IMG/VR virus record: IMGVR_UViG_3300043409_001318
Location: 96,001-160,000 of that record
Origin: a virus
Reading direction: 5' to 3' (one strand)
DNA: 64,000 nt
The notes beneath the pieces were generated by a model. The model saw only the letters and a program-made list of their open reading frames with translations. It made no database searches and had not been told where the DNA came from. Each line of letters opens with the position of its first letter. Positions within the stretch are counted from its first letter, which is position 1. The position numbers and the translations under genes were made by a program. Below are positions 20,801-31,228 of the stretch, one piece after another.

Positions 20801-21719
20801 ATTTTTATTACAAACATTTAAACAAGATCTTAAAAGATTATCTGGTGGCGATTACTTTTATAATCAAGTCATATTATATATTGAAAAAAGTGTTGATAAA
20901 ATTTTAGAATTGGAAGGTGTATTAATTGATCCAATTTCTGGTCAACAAATAAGTCTCGATCAAGAACTAACAACAGATTTTAAAATTAGATTTTTTATTA
21001 AAAAAGAATACGCAGATATGTTGGTAAGATTAGAAAATATATTTGTAAGTAATAATACACAAAGACAAACAAATTTTGATAATATCAAACGTATTATGAG
21101 AAACAGAGCAGAAACAGCTGGTATTATTATACCAGCAGAATTTGATAATCTATTTTTTGAATATATCTTTCCTGTATCCAAGATTTGTTCCATAGTTAAA
21201 ATTAATAACATAATTTCTATGACTACAAATTATGATAATAGTAACGATACTTATAGTACAACCTTACAAACTTTAAAATCTATGATATTAAATTTTTTAA
21301 ATGATAATTCTGTAGATTGTAATTCTAATTTACCTTCATTCAATCTTGAGCTTCCAGAAATAGACTTAGAATTAATAAAGCAATTTTTAATAAGAGCACC
21401 AATTGAAATTATTAAAGGTATAGCCGAGACTTTCGATCCAAATATTAGAATAGCAAATCCAATAAGAAGATTAACAGAATTGTTTACTGGTAACAACTTA
21501 CCTTGTTTACCATTTTCCCTTGCTTTACTACCAATTGGAACTGTTCCGTTTGGTATTGGCCCTCCAATATTACCACCTTGGGGTTTTGCTTATTTAACTA
21601 TAGATACAGCAGAATACCTATTAACGCCAGCAGAAAAAAATAAAAGATTAAAATTTGCTTTAGGATTAGGTATATTTGATAAATTAGAAGACCTATTTGA
21701 AAAAGATGAAAATTGTTAA
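17820..21719 (+). CDS. Large hypothetical virion-associated protein (1299 aa)
   Basis: Long ORF coupled by TAATG overlap; lies directly before gp25; hydrophobic Pro-rich C-terminal segment. Confidence 0.55.
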   Translation: MAENQTCFPEVEFNEVLQDKIIKSVFDKLSTCTDEQTLKNNINSILQEKSQQGLISLEPLRESNDVQAQINLLIECSLSETSKLIDENIEIDAAYVISGIVKFICNPPSFDFPSLDLSFKFSLKDFFIKLLFQFIDLLTQILLQIIQQIINIVLNICETNFESLLQGYENIVNILSNSFQEAINFKINDIISSLQPLFRTFGFNSDGTLIESPNFISCESNIGSIRPVNQFLNDLSMMVTPFEICSLFEGVPSQQTLELVRELLQFEYPLLQTRLSDDVIVTNFFVSIGRFIPSSICRKIRETYTDEYAYSCGEEYSQREQAKLSILNRNGHTEEQSREAIRRERERYSNRLKDLGSFVAKLRGDPEKVFDSVSNNIFCKGGKAGMASLSDIPSAVVTTTIVVNGFYNPLKSAHYNDSLNIQDLYFKKQTQRKKVARFASPERPVTIGGIRYIGGETVKFKQVQALGNPIYYTNKEEFALMVEEYQPDERITYQSTIEKKIYDYVKGHFDDIGRMISLGESSDEYEYYFGDSGGNTYSVSQITQVYNPIVNNLDEIARRIYNDKVKYYSDANIYERAANNITKDELVGYITESIGNSTDDAENICEKFVKAGFIYTEEKIFVPSPSDIQVNLLDSYSTDINFSLDRNIENTLEEFFDGLKIVVPSFSSDSFTVGIDDYTVTVTRTVETPPLKNIYTLRQLNVEDDGFIDDRWLADINKINAANESEKQPLGILEEVQLSNLNEYQGMNLEFDSNNNSFSNTQLKFQSIQNIIDPNKPQDNSIITINKVYRKPTTSLSDTQREQYNSFLTKEYGISNLFTTNNTLLYDNSDITTGPFRQPTDSIIQQLKQIVPNPVSNESLQIQAFKAITGFSSTAYYSIFSSFVQDVSLNTKITQANPEYKKIKDTILIIPFERIIGINKVKNTTLTAFLSDPCAISQDIQKQDEISLFNSYLVESTIKLLVRTFCLKNDLKDLLSLVNINPYTFVNNDDTYIEFLLQTFKQDLKRLSGGDYFYNQVILYIEKSVDKILELEGVLIDPISGQQISLDQELTTDFKIRFFIKKEYADMLVRLENIFVSNNTQRQTNFDNIKRIMRNRAETAGIIIPAEFDNLFFEYIFPVSKICSIVKINNIISMTTNYDNSNDTYSTTLQTLKSMILNFLNDNSVDCNSNLPSFNLELPEIDLELIKQFLIRAPIEIIKGIAETFDPNIRIANPIRRLTELFTGNNLPCLPFSLALLPIGTVPFGIGPPILPPWGFAYLTIDTAEYLLTPAEKNKRLKFALGLGIFDKLEDLFEKDENC

Positions 21720-21728
21720 GGAGACAAA

Positions 21729-22118
21729 ATGGCAGGATTAGCACCACGTTTACCATTAACCATAGACCAAATTGATGGTGCTTATGGACTTTTGAAGGAT
21801 ATTACAACATTAGCTCAACAAAACCTAAGAATGTTAGTTCTTACCGGAAAAGGTGAAAGAATAATGATACCAGAATATGGTGTTGGTTTAAAAAGAAAGT
21901 TATTTGAAAATAAAAGCCAATCTTTAGAAAGTTCTATTCAATCAGCAATAACTTCACAGGTTAATAAATATTTATCATATATCTCTATTAAAAAAATAGA
22001 AATAGGCGAATCACAAGATACTTTAACAAATCTATCAGTTGAGCAATCATACGAACTTAAAATAACTTATATAATAATACCCACAAATGAAACAGATATG
22101 CTAACTATTACTTTATAG
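21729..22118 (+). CDS. Baseplate wedge subunit, gp25-like
   Basis: QNLRMLVLTGKGERIMIPEYGVGLKRKLFE. Confidence 0.88.
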   Translation: MAGLAPRLPLTIDQIDGAYGLLKDITTLAQQNLRMLVLTGKGERIMIPEYGVGLKRKLFENKSQSLESSIQSAITSQVNKYLSYISIKKIEIGESQDTLTNLSVEQSYELKITYIIIPTNETDMLTITL

Positions 22119-22120
22119 CA

Positions 22121-22127
22121 CTATTTA
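22121..22127 (+). promoter_or_regulatory. CTAWWTA motif (CTATTTA)
   Basis: Intergenic before the gp6-like gene. Confidence 0.45.
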
Positions 22128-22145
22128 TTTGTGGAACCAATAAGA

Positions 22146-23933
22146 ATGGCAAATAAGAAAGTACCAATCAAATATACATCAAGAGATTTTAATTCTATAA
22201 AAGCAGATTTAGTAGATCATGCTAAAAGATATTATCCAAATACAGTAAAAGATTTCAACGAATCATCGTTTGGTTCGTTGATGTTTGATTCTGTGTCCTA
22301 TGTTGGAGATATTCTTTCATTTTATCTTGATTATAATGTCAATGAATCTTTTTTAACTACAGCACTTGAAAGAAAGAATGTTTTAAAATTAGCTAGACAA
22401 ATGGGTTTTAAAATACCTGCAAAAGCTGTATCCTATGGGACAATACAATTATATGTGTTAATCCCAGTTAACTCATTAGGAACTGGACCAGATACTGCTT
22501 ACACCCCTATTATAGAAAAAGGAACTACTGTAAGATCTAATGCTGGTCAACAATATATCTTAACCGAAGATGTTGATTTTAGTAATCCAAATAATCCCAT
22601 AGTTGTCGCAAGAGTAAGTCCAACAACAGGTTTACCAACAAGTTATGCGATAAAATCTTCTGGTGTTGTAATGTCTGGTCGTTTTAGAGAACAGATATTT
22701 ACAATTGGAGAGTTTGAAAAGTTCAAAAAAATACCTTTAAATTCTACAAATATTACTGAGGTTTTATCTGCTGTCGATAATGAAGGTCACGAATACTACG
22801 AAGTAGATTATTTGTCACAAGATGTAATCTACAAAGAAGTAAAAAATTCAGATTCTACAACTGTAACAAGTTTATTAAAACCATTTCCTGTTCCAAGAAG
22901 ATTTATTCTTGAAAGAACGATAGATAATATTTATATACAATTTGGATTTGGATCAGAAGACCAAATAACGTCCGATACTGTTATTGACCCTTCACAAGTT
23001 GTTTTGTCATTACAAACAAAAAATTATGTTACTGATACTTCTTTTGACCCGACCAATATTGTTAAAACTGACAAACTTGGAGTTGGACCTTCTAATACAA
23101 CTTTAAGAGTTAGATATCTTGAAAATGATGATAGTACATCCAATTCACCAGCAGCAAATGTAAAAACAGTATCATCACTAAAAATAAGATTTAGAGATAG
23201 ATTATCGTTATCAAACAATTCTGTATCAGAAGTAGCTAATAGTGTTGAAGTAAACAACGAAGAACCAATTGTTGGAGAAGTTAGTGAGCTTGAAACCGAA
23301 GAAATTAAAATAAAAACATTGGATTTTTATGCTTCTCAAAATAGAGCAGTTTCTAAACAAGATTATATAGCTTTAACTTATGCTATGCCAAATAAATTTG
23401 GAGCAGTTAAACGTTGTAACATAATTCAAGATTCAAATTCTTTTAAAAGAAATTTGAATATGTATGTTATATCAGAGAATTCAGCAGGTAATTTAGTCCA
23501 AACAAACACAGTTATTAAACAAAATTTAAAGAATTGGCTTAACAACAATAGAATGGTAAACGACACAATAGATATAATGGATGCTAAAATAGTAAATATA
23601 GGAATTAATTTTTCTGTTATTTCTACAACTGACAGTGATAAATACGATGTTTTACAATCATGTTATTTAGCTTTAATTGCAAAATATAATATTAAATTTG
23701 AAATAAGCGAACCATTTAGCATATCAGATATTTATACAACATTAAATAAATTGGATGGTGTTTCAGACGTTGTTAATGTTGAGATAACTACCAAAACAGG
23801 TGCTCCTTATTCTACAACAAGATTAGATATTCAAGCTCAAACTTCACCAGATGGAAGGTATATAAATGTTCCTAGTAATGTAATACTAGAATTATTAAAT
23901 CCAGCATCAGATATTAAAGGAACCATAAGATAA
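22146..23933 (+). CDS. Baseplate wedge subunit, gp6/baseplate J-like
   Basis: YTSRDFNSIKADL, DFNESSFG, LSFYLD, NRAVSKQDY; follows gp25. Confidence 0.88.
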   Translation: MANKKVPIKYTSRDFNSIKADLVDHAKRYYPNTVKDFNESSFGSLMFDSVSYVGDILSFYLDYNVNESFLTTALERKNVLKLARQMGFKIPAKAVSYGTIQLYVLIPVNSLGTGPDTAYTPIIEKGTTVRSNAGQQYILTEDVDFSNPNNPIVVARVSPTTGLPTSYAIKSSGVVMSGRFREQIFTIGEFEKFKKIPLNSTNITEVLSAVDNEGHEYYEVDYLSQDVIYKEVKNSDSTTVTSLLKPFPVPRRFILERTIDNIYIQFGFGSEDQITSDTVIDPSQVVLSLQTKNYVTDTSFDPTNIVKTDKLGVGPSNTTLRVRYLENDDSTSNSPAANVKTVSSLKIRFRDRLSLSNNSVSEVANSVEVNNEEPIVGEVSELETEEIKIKTLDFYASQNRAVSKQDYIALTYAMPNKFGAVKRCNIIQDSNSFKRNLNMYVISENSAGNLVQTNTVIKQNLKNWLNNNRMVNDTIDIMDAKIVNIGINFSVISTTDSDKYDVLQSCYLALIAKYNIKFEISEPFSISDIYTTLNKLDGVSDVVNVEITTKTGAPYSTTRLDIQAQTSPDGRYINVPSNVILELLNPASDIKGTIR

Positions 23934-25369
23934 TGGCTATAAAACGTTATTCTTCAAATGCCGATACAACTATCACTAATGCTTTTAAAGCCAATTTGGT
24001 AAGCAGAGGGGTTAGTGGAAATATGGGTCAATCCGACATACTTGAAGTATTCAGTATTTATGGTCAATCAAGCCCTTCATCCTCCGAACTTTCTCGTGTT
24101 TTGGTTCAATTTCCAATTAATGATATAATAACCGACAGAGTAAATGCTTTAATTCCTGCTTCTGGTTCAATTTCTTGGTTCTTAAAACTTTATAACGCTA
24201 AACATGGTCAAACTCTTCCAAAAGATTATACCATGACAATATCAGCCGTTTCTTCCTCTTGGAATGAAGGATATGGTTTAGATATGGAAGAATATAGCGA
24301 TATAGGATATGCTAACTGGAATACTGCTACATCATCCTCTGCTGGAACGTCTAGTTGGACTTCTGCCGGTGGTGATTATCATACCTCTCCTACGGCTTCA
24401 TATTTCTTTAGCAAAGGCACAGAAGACCTTATAGTGGACGTAAGCCATATAGTAGAACAATGGATAACTGGTAGTAAAACAAACTACGGATTTGGTGTAA
24501 AACTTTCATCAAGTCACGAACAAGCTGCACAATCATTTTATACTAAAAAATTCTTTGCCAGAGGAACAGAATTCTTCTTTAAGAAACCAACATTAGAAGC
24601 TCGTTGGAATTCTGTTCGTCGCGACAATAGAGGTTATTTCTTTGCTTCTAGCTCACTAGCTTCAGCAGCAGATAATCTAAATACAATTTATCTTTATAAT
24701 GTAGTGAGAGGACAACTCAAAAATATCCCAGCAGTAGGAACAGGTAGCATATATGTGAAAGTATTTACTGACTCTTCTGGTAGCACTACAATTACAACAA
24801 CACCAAATACCCCTGTAACTGGTGGTTGGGTATCAACAGGGATTTATTCAGCTTCGTTTGCTTTGAACACAACATCAAGTGAAGCATTTGATAGATGGTT
24901 TAATTCTACACTAACAACTTGTTTCCACACAGGAGCAATAGATATTTATGATTTAGATTCACAAGATTATAGCCCATCAAATAGGTATGTTGTTTCTTGT
25001 ACAAATCTTAAAGCAATTTATTATCCAGAAGAACAAGCAAGGTTTCGTTTCTTTACTCGTAAAAAAGATTGGTCACCCACTATTTATACTGTAGCAACAA
25101 GTTTCATACCATCGGAGATAATCGAAAGCGCGTCATACAAATTGGTTAGAGTGTCAGATAACCTAGAAGTTATACCATACGGAACAGGTTCTTTATTACA
25201 CACAGGTCTTTCTTATGATGTTTCTGGAAGTTATTTTGACTTGGATATGAACTTATTAGAAACAGATTATTCTTACCAGATTAAATTAAATTTTTATGAT
25301 GGTGCTACAAATAGTTGGAAAGAGCAATCAGAAACCTTCAAATTCAGAGTAGAAAAGAATGAGCCTTAA
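23933..25369 (+). CDS. Virion protein with DNRLRE-like domain
   Basis: SRVLVQF, FLKLY, SWNEG, WTSAGGD, VDVSHIVEQW, NYGFGVK. Confidence 0.6.
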   Translation: MAIKRYSSNADTTITNAFKANLVSRGVSGNMGQSDILEVFSIYGQSSPSSSELSRVLVQFPINDIITDRVNALIPASGSISWFLKLYNAKHGQTLPKDYTMTISAVSSSWNEGYGLDMEEYSDIGYANWNTATSSSAGTSSWTSAGGDYHTSPTASYFFSKGTEDLIVDVSHIVEQWITGSKTNYGFGVKLSSSHEQAAQSFYTKKFFARGTEFFFKKPTLEARWNSVRRDNRGYFFASSSLASAADNLNTIYLYNVVRGQLKNIPAVGTGSIYVKVFTDSSGSTTITTTPNTPVTGGWVSTGIYSASFALNTTSSEAFDRWFNSTLTTCFHTGAIDIYDLDSQDYSPSNRYVVSCTNLKAIYYPEEQARFRFFTRKKDWSPTIYTVATSFIPSEIIESASYKLVRVSDNLEVIPYGTGSLLHTGLSYDVSGSYFDLDMNLLETDYSYQIKLNFYDGATNSWKEQSETFKFRVEKNEP

Positions 25370-28300
25370 AGATTACTTCTTAAAAAATACCACAATAATA
25401 AATCAAGCTAGTTCTCAAGATATTGAGCAAGAAGTAGATTCAAAAGGTTATTTAGAACAATTCAAAAAAGATAAAAATGAATTTGTTCCCTTGGTTGATT
25501 TTGAAGATCCAGCAAATTTTATATTCTTTGGTTCTGCTAGAAAACAATATTTAAGCACAATTTTTAGAATATACAACACTTATCCTTATGATGGTTCAAG
25601 AACAGAGAAACTTAAATGGCAAAATGAATCATCTTATTTTGATAAATGGTTTTTAACTAATAAGTATCCAAAAACTACTGGTTATGCAATTATCTCTGCT
25701 AATGGTTGGGGATCGAAAGTAGGAAGCACAGTTAGTGGTTATGGTGAACCATTATCAAAAGAATATATACAATTTAAAGGTGGCCCAAATACAGCATCTA
25801 TGGGTATGGCTGGTGTACCTATAAGCAATACCTTTGCTTATTCAAACATCTATGATCCAGACACAAATAGAGTTTCTAATTTAGAATTGGAGACAACAGG
25901 TGGTGTTACAGTTGAATTTTGGTTAAAAAAAGATTCATTCAATACATCAAACACACAAAAAGAAGTTGTATTTGACCTTTGGAATAGTCAACTATCTTCA
26001 AGCACTTCTTATGGTAGATTAACTGTTGAATTATCTGGTAACACCTCTTCACCATTTTATGTAACATTACAATCTGGTTCTGCTGGTTTTTATAACCAAC
26101 AAATTGGTTCATCAGTTACAACTTCTTCTTTATCTACTTGGCATCATTACACTTTAAGTTTTGTTAATAACTCTACAAGTGGAATAGATGTTAAATTTTA
26201 TGTAGATGGTAACCTAAATACTTCTACAACATTAGGAACTTCTATTAACGAAGTTGCTGGTGCTTTAATAGCAAATGTTGGTGCTTTAAGAACTGCTCCG
26301 TCTGGTGTATTAGGTGTCAGTGAAGGTTGGGGTAAATTATCTGGTTCGCTAGATGAATTTAGATATTGGAAAGTTAAAAGAACTTCGCAAGATATAGGAA
26401 GAAATTGGTGGTCCACTATTAACGGTGGTTCAAATACTGACGATTATAATACAGATATTGGAGTATACTATAAATTCAATGAAGGTATCACTACTAATAA
26501 TTCCAGAGACGCAGTAGTATTAGATTATTCTGGTCGTGTATCAAACGGTTATTGGACAGGGTATACAAGTAATTCAAGAAATACAAGCTCTGCTATCAAC
26601 GAATATAGCACAGATTATACAGAATTAGCAGAACCAATAATATATTCTAACCATCCAAGCGTATCAAACGCAATAGAAGAATATACCCAATCTGGTTCAT
26701 ATTATGATTATAACAACCCTTCTTCAGTTTATAACTCTTTGCCACAATGGATATTGGATGAAGATGCGGAAAATGGTGAACAATTACTAGAACTTATTTC
26801 TATAATGTCAAGTTATCTTGATAAATTATATTTACAAATTAAAGCTGTTCCTTCGTTAAAAAATCAATATGATTTTGTATCTGGTAGTTCGGCAAAGCCT
26901 CTTCCTTATTCAAGAGAGTTATTAAACTCAACAGGCTTAACTTCTCCAGATTTATTTCTTGATGCTACAGTTTTTGAATCAATTTTATCAAGAACCAATA
27001 CAGAACAATTTGAAGAAAATTTATACAATATAAAGAATTTAATTTATCAAAACATATATTCAAATTTAGTAAACCTTTATAAGTCTAAAGGAACAGAAAA
27101 AGCATACAAGAATCTTTTACATTGTTTTGGTATAGATGAATCATTAGTAAAAATTAATCTTTACACTTCTAATGTAACTTTTGAATTTAAAGACAGTTTT
27201 GAAACTCGCGCAATTAAAAAACGTATGTTGGACTTTAACAATCCAGATCGTAATGTTTCTACAGTTTACCAATTTAAAGATTCAACAAATACCAATAGCA
27301 CTTCTTATTTAACAGGTAATTTAGAATCTGTTTACGTTCCTGTTACAATTGAAGCAGAAGCATATTTTCCTGTAATACAATTAGATTTTGATGATTCATA
27401 TAATAGCTTGTTTATCAATTCTTCAATATTTGGTATGCACGCAGCAAAAGTTGATGCTGATGATTTAACATGGGCTTCAACTGATTACGCAAACTTTCAA
27501 GTTAAATCACACAAATTTTCATTAGATTCAAAAGATGCTTATTTCTCAATTTCATCATCAGCACCGTTTCCAATACCATATTTAACATCAAGTTTATTTA
27601 CAGACGTATATGATAATACTAAATGGAATTTTGCTGTATCAATACAACATAATAAGAATAATTTATCTAATTTTGTATCTGGAAGTACGGATGTTGATTA
27701 TACCTTAACGTTCTCTGGCTACAATTTAATGGGTGATACAACTATTAATGAGTTTTCAGTATCAGCTTCTATAGATAAAACAACAGCAACCAATTTTCTT
27801 TCATCTAATAAAAGATTATATGGTGGCGCAGAAAGAACTAATTTCAGTGGTTCTGTAATTACACAATCGGATATAAGATTAAGCGATCTTAAATATTGGA
27901 ATCTTTATTTAGACGAAACAGAAATATTAGCACATTCAAGAGATTTAGAAAATTACGGAACTTTAAATCCATTAAACAACACTTTAGCCTTTAATTTAAG
28001 CGCAAGTAACTTTGTTTTACCAGAATCAAAAGCTTTATTATTACACTTAAACTTTGAGAATGTTACAGGTTCTGATTCAAACGGAAGATTCACAGTAATA
28101 GATGCTTCATCTGGTAGTGTTGGAAACCCATATAGATATCCAACTTGGCTTTCTTCTCTTACAGATAAACATTATACTGCTAGAGGTGATTATTTTACTA
28201 CTAGTGATACAACAGTAATTGATACAAATTATATTGTTTCTGCCGTTCAAAAATTACCAGAGTTGATTAATAGCTCTGATATGATTAATATCCTCACACA

Positions 28301-31220
28301 AGATGATGATATTTTTACAAAGGAATCAAGACCAGTTAAATATCAAATTAATTTTGAAAAGAGTATGTACCAAACAATATCTAGCGAAATGCTTAAGATG
28401 TTTGCTACTATAACAGAATTCAATAATCTTATTGGTAGACCAGTAAATAAATATAGATCAGAATATAAAGATATTAAATATCTAAAACAATTATTCTTTG
28501 AGAAAGTAGGTAACGAACCAGATCTTGATAAATATTTGGATTTCTATAAATGGTTTGATTCAGCACTTGGCTCATTCTTAATACAATTTACACCAGCTTC
28601 AGCAGATACTTCTAATGGTCTTTTGAATGTAATTGAAAGCCATGTATTGGAAAGAAATAAATATCAACATAAGTTTCCTTCATTAGAGTTTAAACAAAGA
28701 GATTTAGAAGCTGGTGCTGAAACAATTAATCGCCACCTCTACAATTGGAGAGTTGGTCACCGCCCAATATCGAATAGAGAAGATGATAATTGTTTTTATT
28801 GGAACGAAAGAGCAGAACGTAATGTAGTCCCAATATCTTCATCAAATAGCGGTGTAAATGAATCAAGAAAACAAATATTAAATGTTTCTTTACAAGTTCT
28901 TAATCGCTCATTTACCACACCATATCACTTTAAACTTGATGAAAACAAAGCAATTCAAGGTGGAGTAAACTTTGATAATAATAAGAACCTTGAATTTGCT
29001 ACTATTGCTCTTGCTCCTCACGGTCCTATGGATGCAGATAGTATAATCAATGTTCCAGCTAACTATCTATTTGCTGGTGTTCCAAATACTTCATCACTAC
29101 TTCAAGATTGTAATGATGTTTTAGATCCAAATAAGAAAGTCAAATATCATTTCACAACTATTCACGGCAGAGATTATCTTTCATCTTCATTAAGTTATGG
29201 AGAAGTATTAAGTTCTAAAATTGCCTTACCAGCTAACTTTATAAGTGGAACGATAAATACTGGTTATCAATCACAAGTAGCAAGAGAATTTATGAATGGA
29301 GTTATAATAACTAACATTCACAACGATACTTATGGTTCAAGAAACGAAGTTCCAATTCAAGGTCCATTTACAAATCAATGGGTTGGTGGTCGTCAATCAA
29401 GACACGTTCCATTAAACCAAGGCACAGATACCTACACAACTCGTCCAGAAGCTTGGAAGATACTTATGGGTACTGGTAGCTTCTCTGGCTCATATCAAAC
29501 AGCCATAGGCTTTGTAGGGGCTGATTATCCATATCCAGAAGGTAACGAGGATGAACCATCATATCCAGTTCGTGCTCATTTAAGAGCCACATATTTAAGA
29601 GACGAAACAGTAAAAAGACCAGTAAATATAAGAAATATTCAATCTTCTACTGGTTCTTTAGCACTTGGTAATTACAGACACAGTTATGAGGTTCTTCACT
29701 CTGTTGGTACAACTACAAATAACAGAATGTTGGTTGATGCTATAAATCCAACAATCAACACAGAATTGTATGGAATCTTAAGAACGGATATAACTGATGG
29801 AAGAGTAGATTTTGAATTACCAGTTAGAGCAAGATCAACAACAATATTTAGAAATAAATTTTCTGCTCCCGGTGATTACAGAACAATGTCGAGAGGTTAT
29901 TTAACTCGTTATTCAGAAGAAACCTCACCTTACAACGCTTTACCGTTTAGAAATCGTCAAATTATTGGTGATGGAAGAAGAAATGCAGAATCTATAACAG
30001 TTGATACAACACAATATCCACAAATTGTTTCTGGTTCATCAAAAGATTTAAATACACTTCTTACAATTCCATCTGCATTTGGTGGTTATCAATCTGGTTC
30101 TACCACGATACCTTCATTACATAAGATTCAAAGAAATACTTATCCAATAGTTATTTCATCTTCAACTGGTTTTCAATTAACTGATGCAAAAGATAATGGA
30201 TTTGTAACTCACGCTATACCACAATCGGATGAAGGTTATAGTTGGATTACTGCTTCTATGGCCCCAAATACTTCAAGAAGGTCAACATACTTAGCTGGTT
30301 TAAGATTAGGACCAGCTAGATTATTTAGTAGATTTTCTACTGCATCTGGTAGCACTTCCGAGTATATTAAAAATACATTTATATCTTCAAGTGATATAGT
30401 AAGTTATTTCGATGGTTCTAATAGAAAATTTCCAGCAGATATTACACAACCAAGTATAAGTGGATTGGAACCAATATATGTAGACTTTGTTGGATTAAAT
30501 TCAAATATTTATGAAGTATCTTCTTATGAAAGTTTAGGAAATACTGGTTCTATATTAACAGAATATACTGGTGGACTAGTTCAACAAGTGGTTACAGCTA
30601 ATAACCAACAAAGTGGAATATTTAATGCTTTGTTACTTCACAGAAATGGTCCATATGGATATCCTATTTTTAAACAAATAAGAACTGGTGAACATAGAGT
30701 AGCAAGAAATCTTAGAGAAGATAATTATATTTCTATAGATAAAGGATTTAGGCTTGTAAGTGTTGTTTACCGTGGTTCTCCTAGAAGATTCTTTCCAATT
30801 ACAGAACAAATAGTTGGAACCGAACTTGGAACAGAAATTTACAGAGAACCATCAGTAGAATTAAATTCTTTGCCTTTAATAATAAAAATTAAAGATATGC
30901 TAACACCAGAGACACCAACTTATATAACTCTTAAAACATCATACGAAAATTTAATAAAGAATTTTTCAAATGATGATTTAAATTCAATATTAAACTTGCC
31001 TAAATTTAAAAATGAAGTTACTGTTTATGATACATTATTATCTTTACAAAATTTACGCAATACAAGATATATAATACAACAGATAGAATATGAAACAGTA
31101 GTATTTCCAAGTCCAAGAAATACTACACTTGAATCCAATAGAGAAAGAACAAACTTCTCATTTAATTGGAGAGATTCTAGAAGCAACAGAACAAGAACAA
31201 ACGTTACAAATATATTTTAG
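25359..31220 (+). CDS. Giant baseplate wedge-like protein with LamG/concanavalin-like domains (1953 aa)
   Basis: VTVEFWLK, WHHYTLSF, KFYVDG, GSLDEFRYW, YYKFNEG; LYKSKGTEK resembles the gp7/P2 gpI-type motif. Confidence 0.65.
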   Translation: MSLKDYFLKNTTIINQASSQDIEQEVDSKGYLEQFKKDKNEFVPLVDFEDPANFIFFGSARKQYLSTIFRIYNTYPYDGSRTEKLKWQNESSYFDKWFLTNKYPKTTGYAIISANGWGSKVGSTVSGYGEPLSKEYIQFKGGPNTASMGMAGVPISNTFAYSNIYDPDTNRVSNLELETTGGVTVEFWLKKDSFNTSNTQKEVVFDLWNSQLSSSTSYGRLTVELSGNTSSPFYVTLQSGSAGFYNQQIGSSVTTSSLSTWHHYTLSFVNNSTSGIDVKFYVDGNLNTSTTLGTSINEVAGALIANVGALRTAPSGVLGVSEGWGKLSGSLDEFRYWKVKRTSQDIGRNWWSTINGGSNTDDYNTDIGVYYKFNEGITTNNSRDAVVLDYSGRVSNGYWTGYTSNSRNTSSAINEYSTDYTELAEPIIYSNHPSVSNAIEEYTQSGSYYDYNNPSSVYNSLPQWILDEDAENGEQLLELISIMSSYLDKLYLQIKAVPSLKNQYDFVSGSSAKPLPYSRELLNSTGLTSPDLFLDATVFESILSRTNTEQFEENLYNIKNLIYQNIYSNLVNLYKSKGTEKAYKNLLHCFGIDESLVKINLYTSNVTFEFKDSFETRAIKKRMLDFNNPDRNVSTVYQFKDSTNTNSTSYLTGNLESVYVPVTIEAEAYFPVIQLDFDDSYNSLFINSSIFGMHAAKVDADDLTWASTDYANFQVKSHKFSLDSKDAYFSISSSAPFPIPYLTSSLFTDVYDNTKWNFAVSIQHNKNNLSNFVSGSTDVDYTLTFSGYNLMGDTTINEFSVSASIDKTTATNFLSSNKRLYGGAERTNFSGSVITQSDIRLSDLKYWNLYLDETEILAHSRDLENYGTLNPLNNTLAFNLSASNFVLPESKALLLHLNFENVTGSDSNGRFTVIDASSGSVGNPYRYPTWLSSLTDKHYTARGDYFTTSDTTVIDTNYIVSAVQKLPELINSSDMINILTQDDDIFTKESRPVKYQINFEKSMYQTISSEMLKMFATITEFNNLIGRPVNKYRSEYKDIKYLKQLFFEKVGNEPDLDKYLDFYKWFDSALGSFLIQFTPASADTSNGLLNVIESHVLERNKYQHKFPSLEFKQRDLEAGAETINRHLYNWRVGHRPISNREDDNCFYWNERAERNVVPISSSNSGVNESRKQILNVSLQVLNRSFTTPYHFKLDENKAIQGGVNFDNNKNLEFATIALAPHGPMDADSIINVPANYLFAGVPNTSSLLQDCNDVLDPNKKVKYHFTTIHGRDYLSSSLSYGEVLSSKIALPANFISGTINTGYQSQVAREFMNGVIITNIHNDTYGSRNEVPIQGPFTNQWVGGRQSRHVPLNQGTDTYTTRPEAWKILMGTGSFSGSYQTAIGFVGADYPYPEGNEDEPSYPVRAHLRATYLRDETVKRPVNIRNIQSSTGSLALGNYRHSYEVLHSVGTTTNNRMLVDAINPTINTELYGILRTDITDGRVDFELPVRARSTTIFRNKFSAPGDYRTMSRGYLTRYSEETSPYNALPFRNRQIIGDGRRNAESITVDTTQYPQIVSGSSKDLNTLLTIPSAFGGYQSGSTTIPSLHKIQRNTYPIVISSSTGFQLTDAKDNGFVTHAIPQSDEGYSWITASMAPNTSRRSTYLAGLRLGPARLFSRFSTASGSTSEYIKNTFISSSDIVSYFDGSNRKFPADITQPSISGLEPIYVDFVGLNSNIYEVSSYESLGNTGSILTEYTGGLVQQVVTANNQQSGIFNALLLHRNGPYGYPIFKQIRTGEHRVARNLREDNYISIDKGFRLVSVVYRGSPRRFFPITEQIVGTELGTEIYREPSVELNSLPLIIKIKDMLTPETPTYITLKTSYENLIKNFSNDDLNSILNLPKFKNEVTVYDTLLSLQNLRNTRYIIQQIEYETVVFPSPRNTTLESNRERTNFSFNWRDSRSNRTRTNVTNIF

Positions 31221-31228
31221 GGAGTAGC

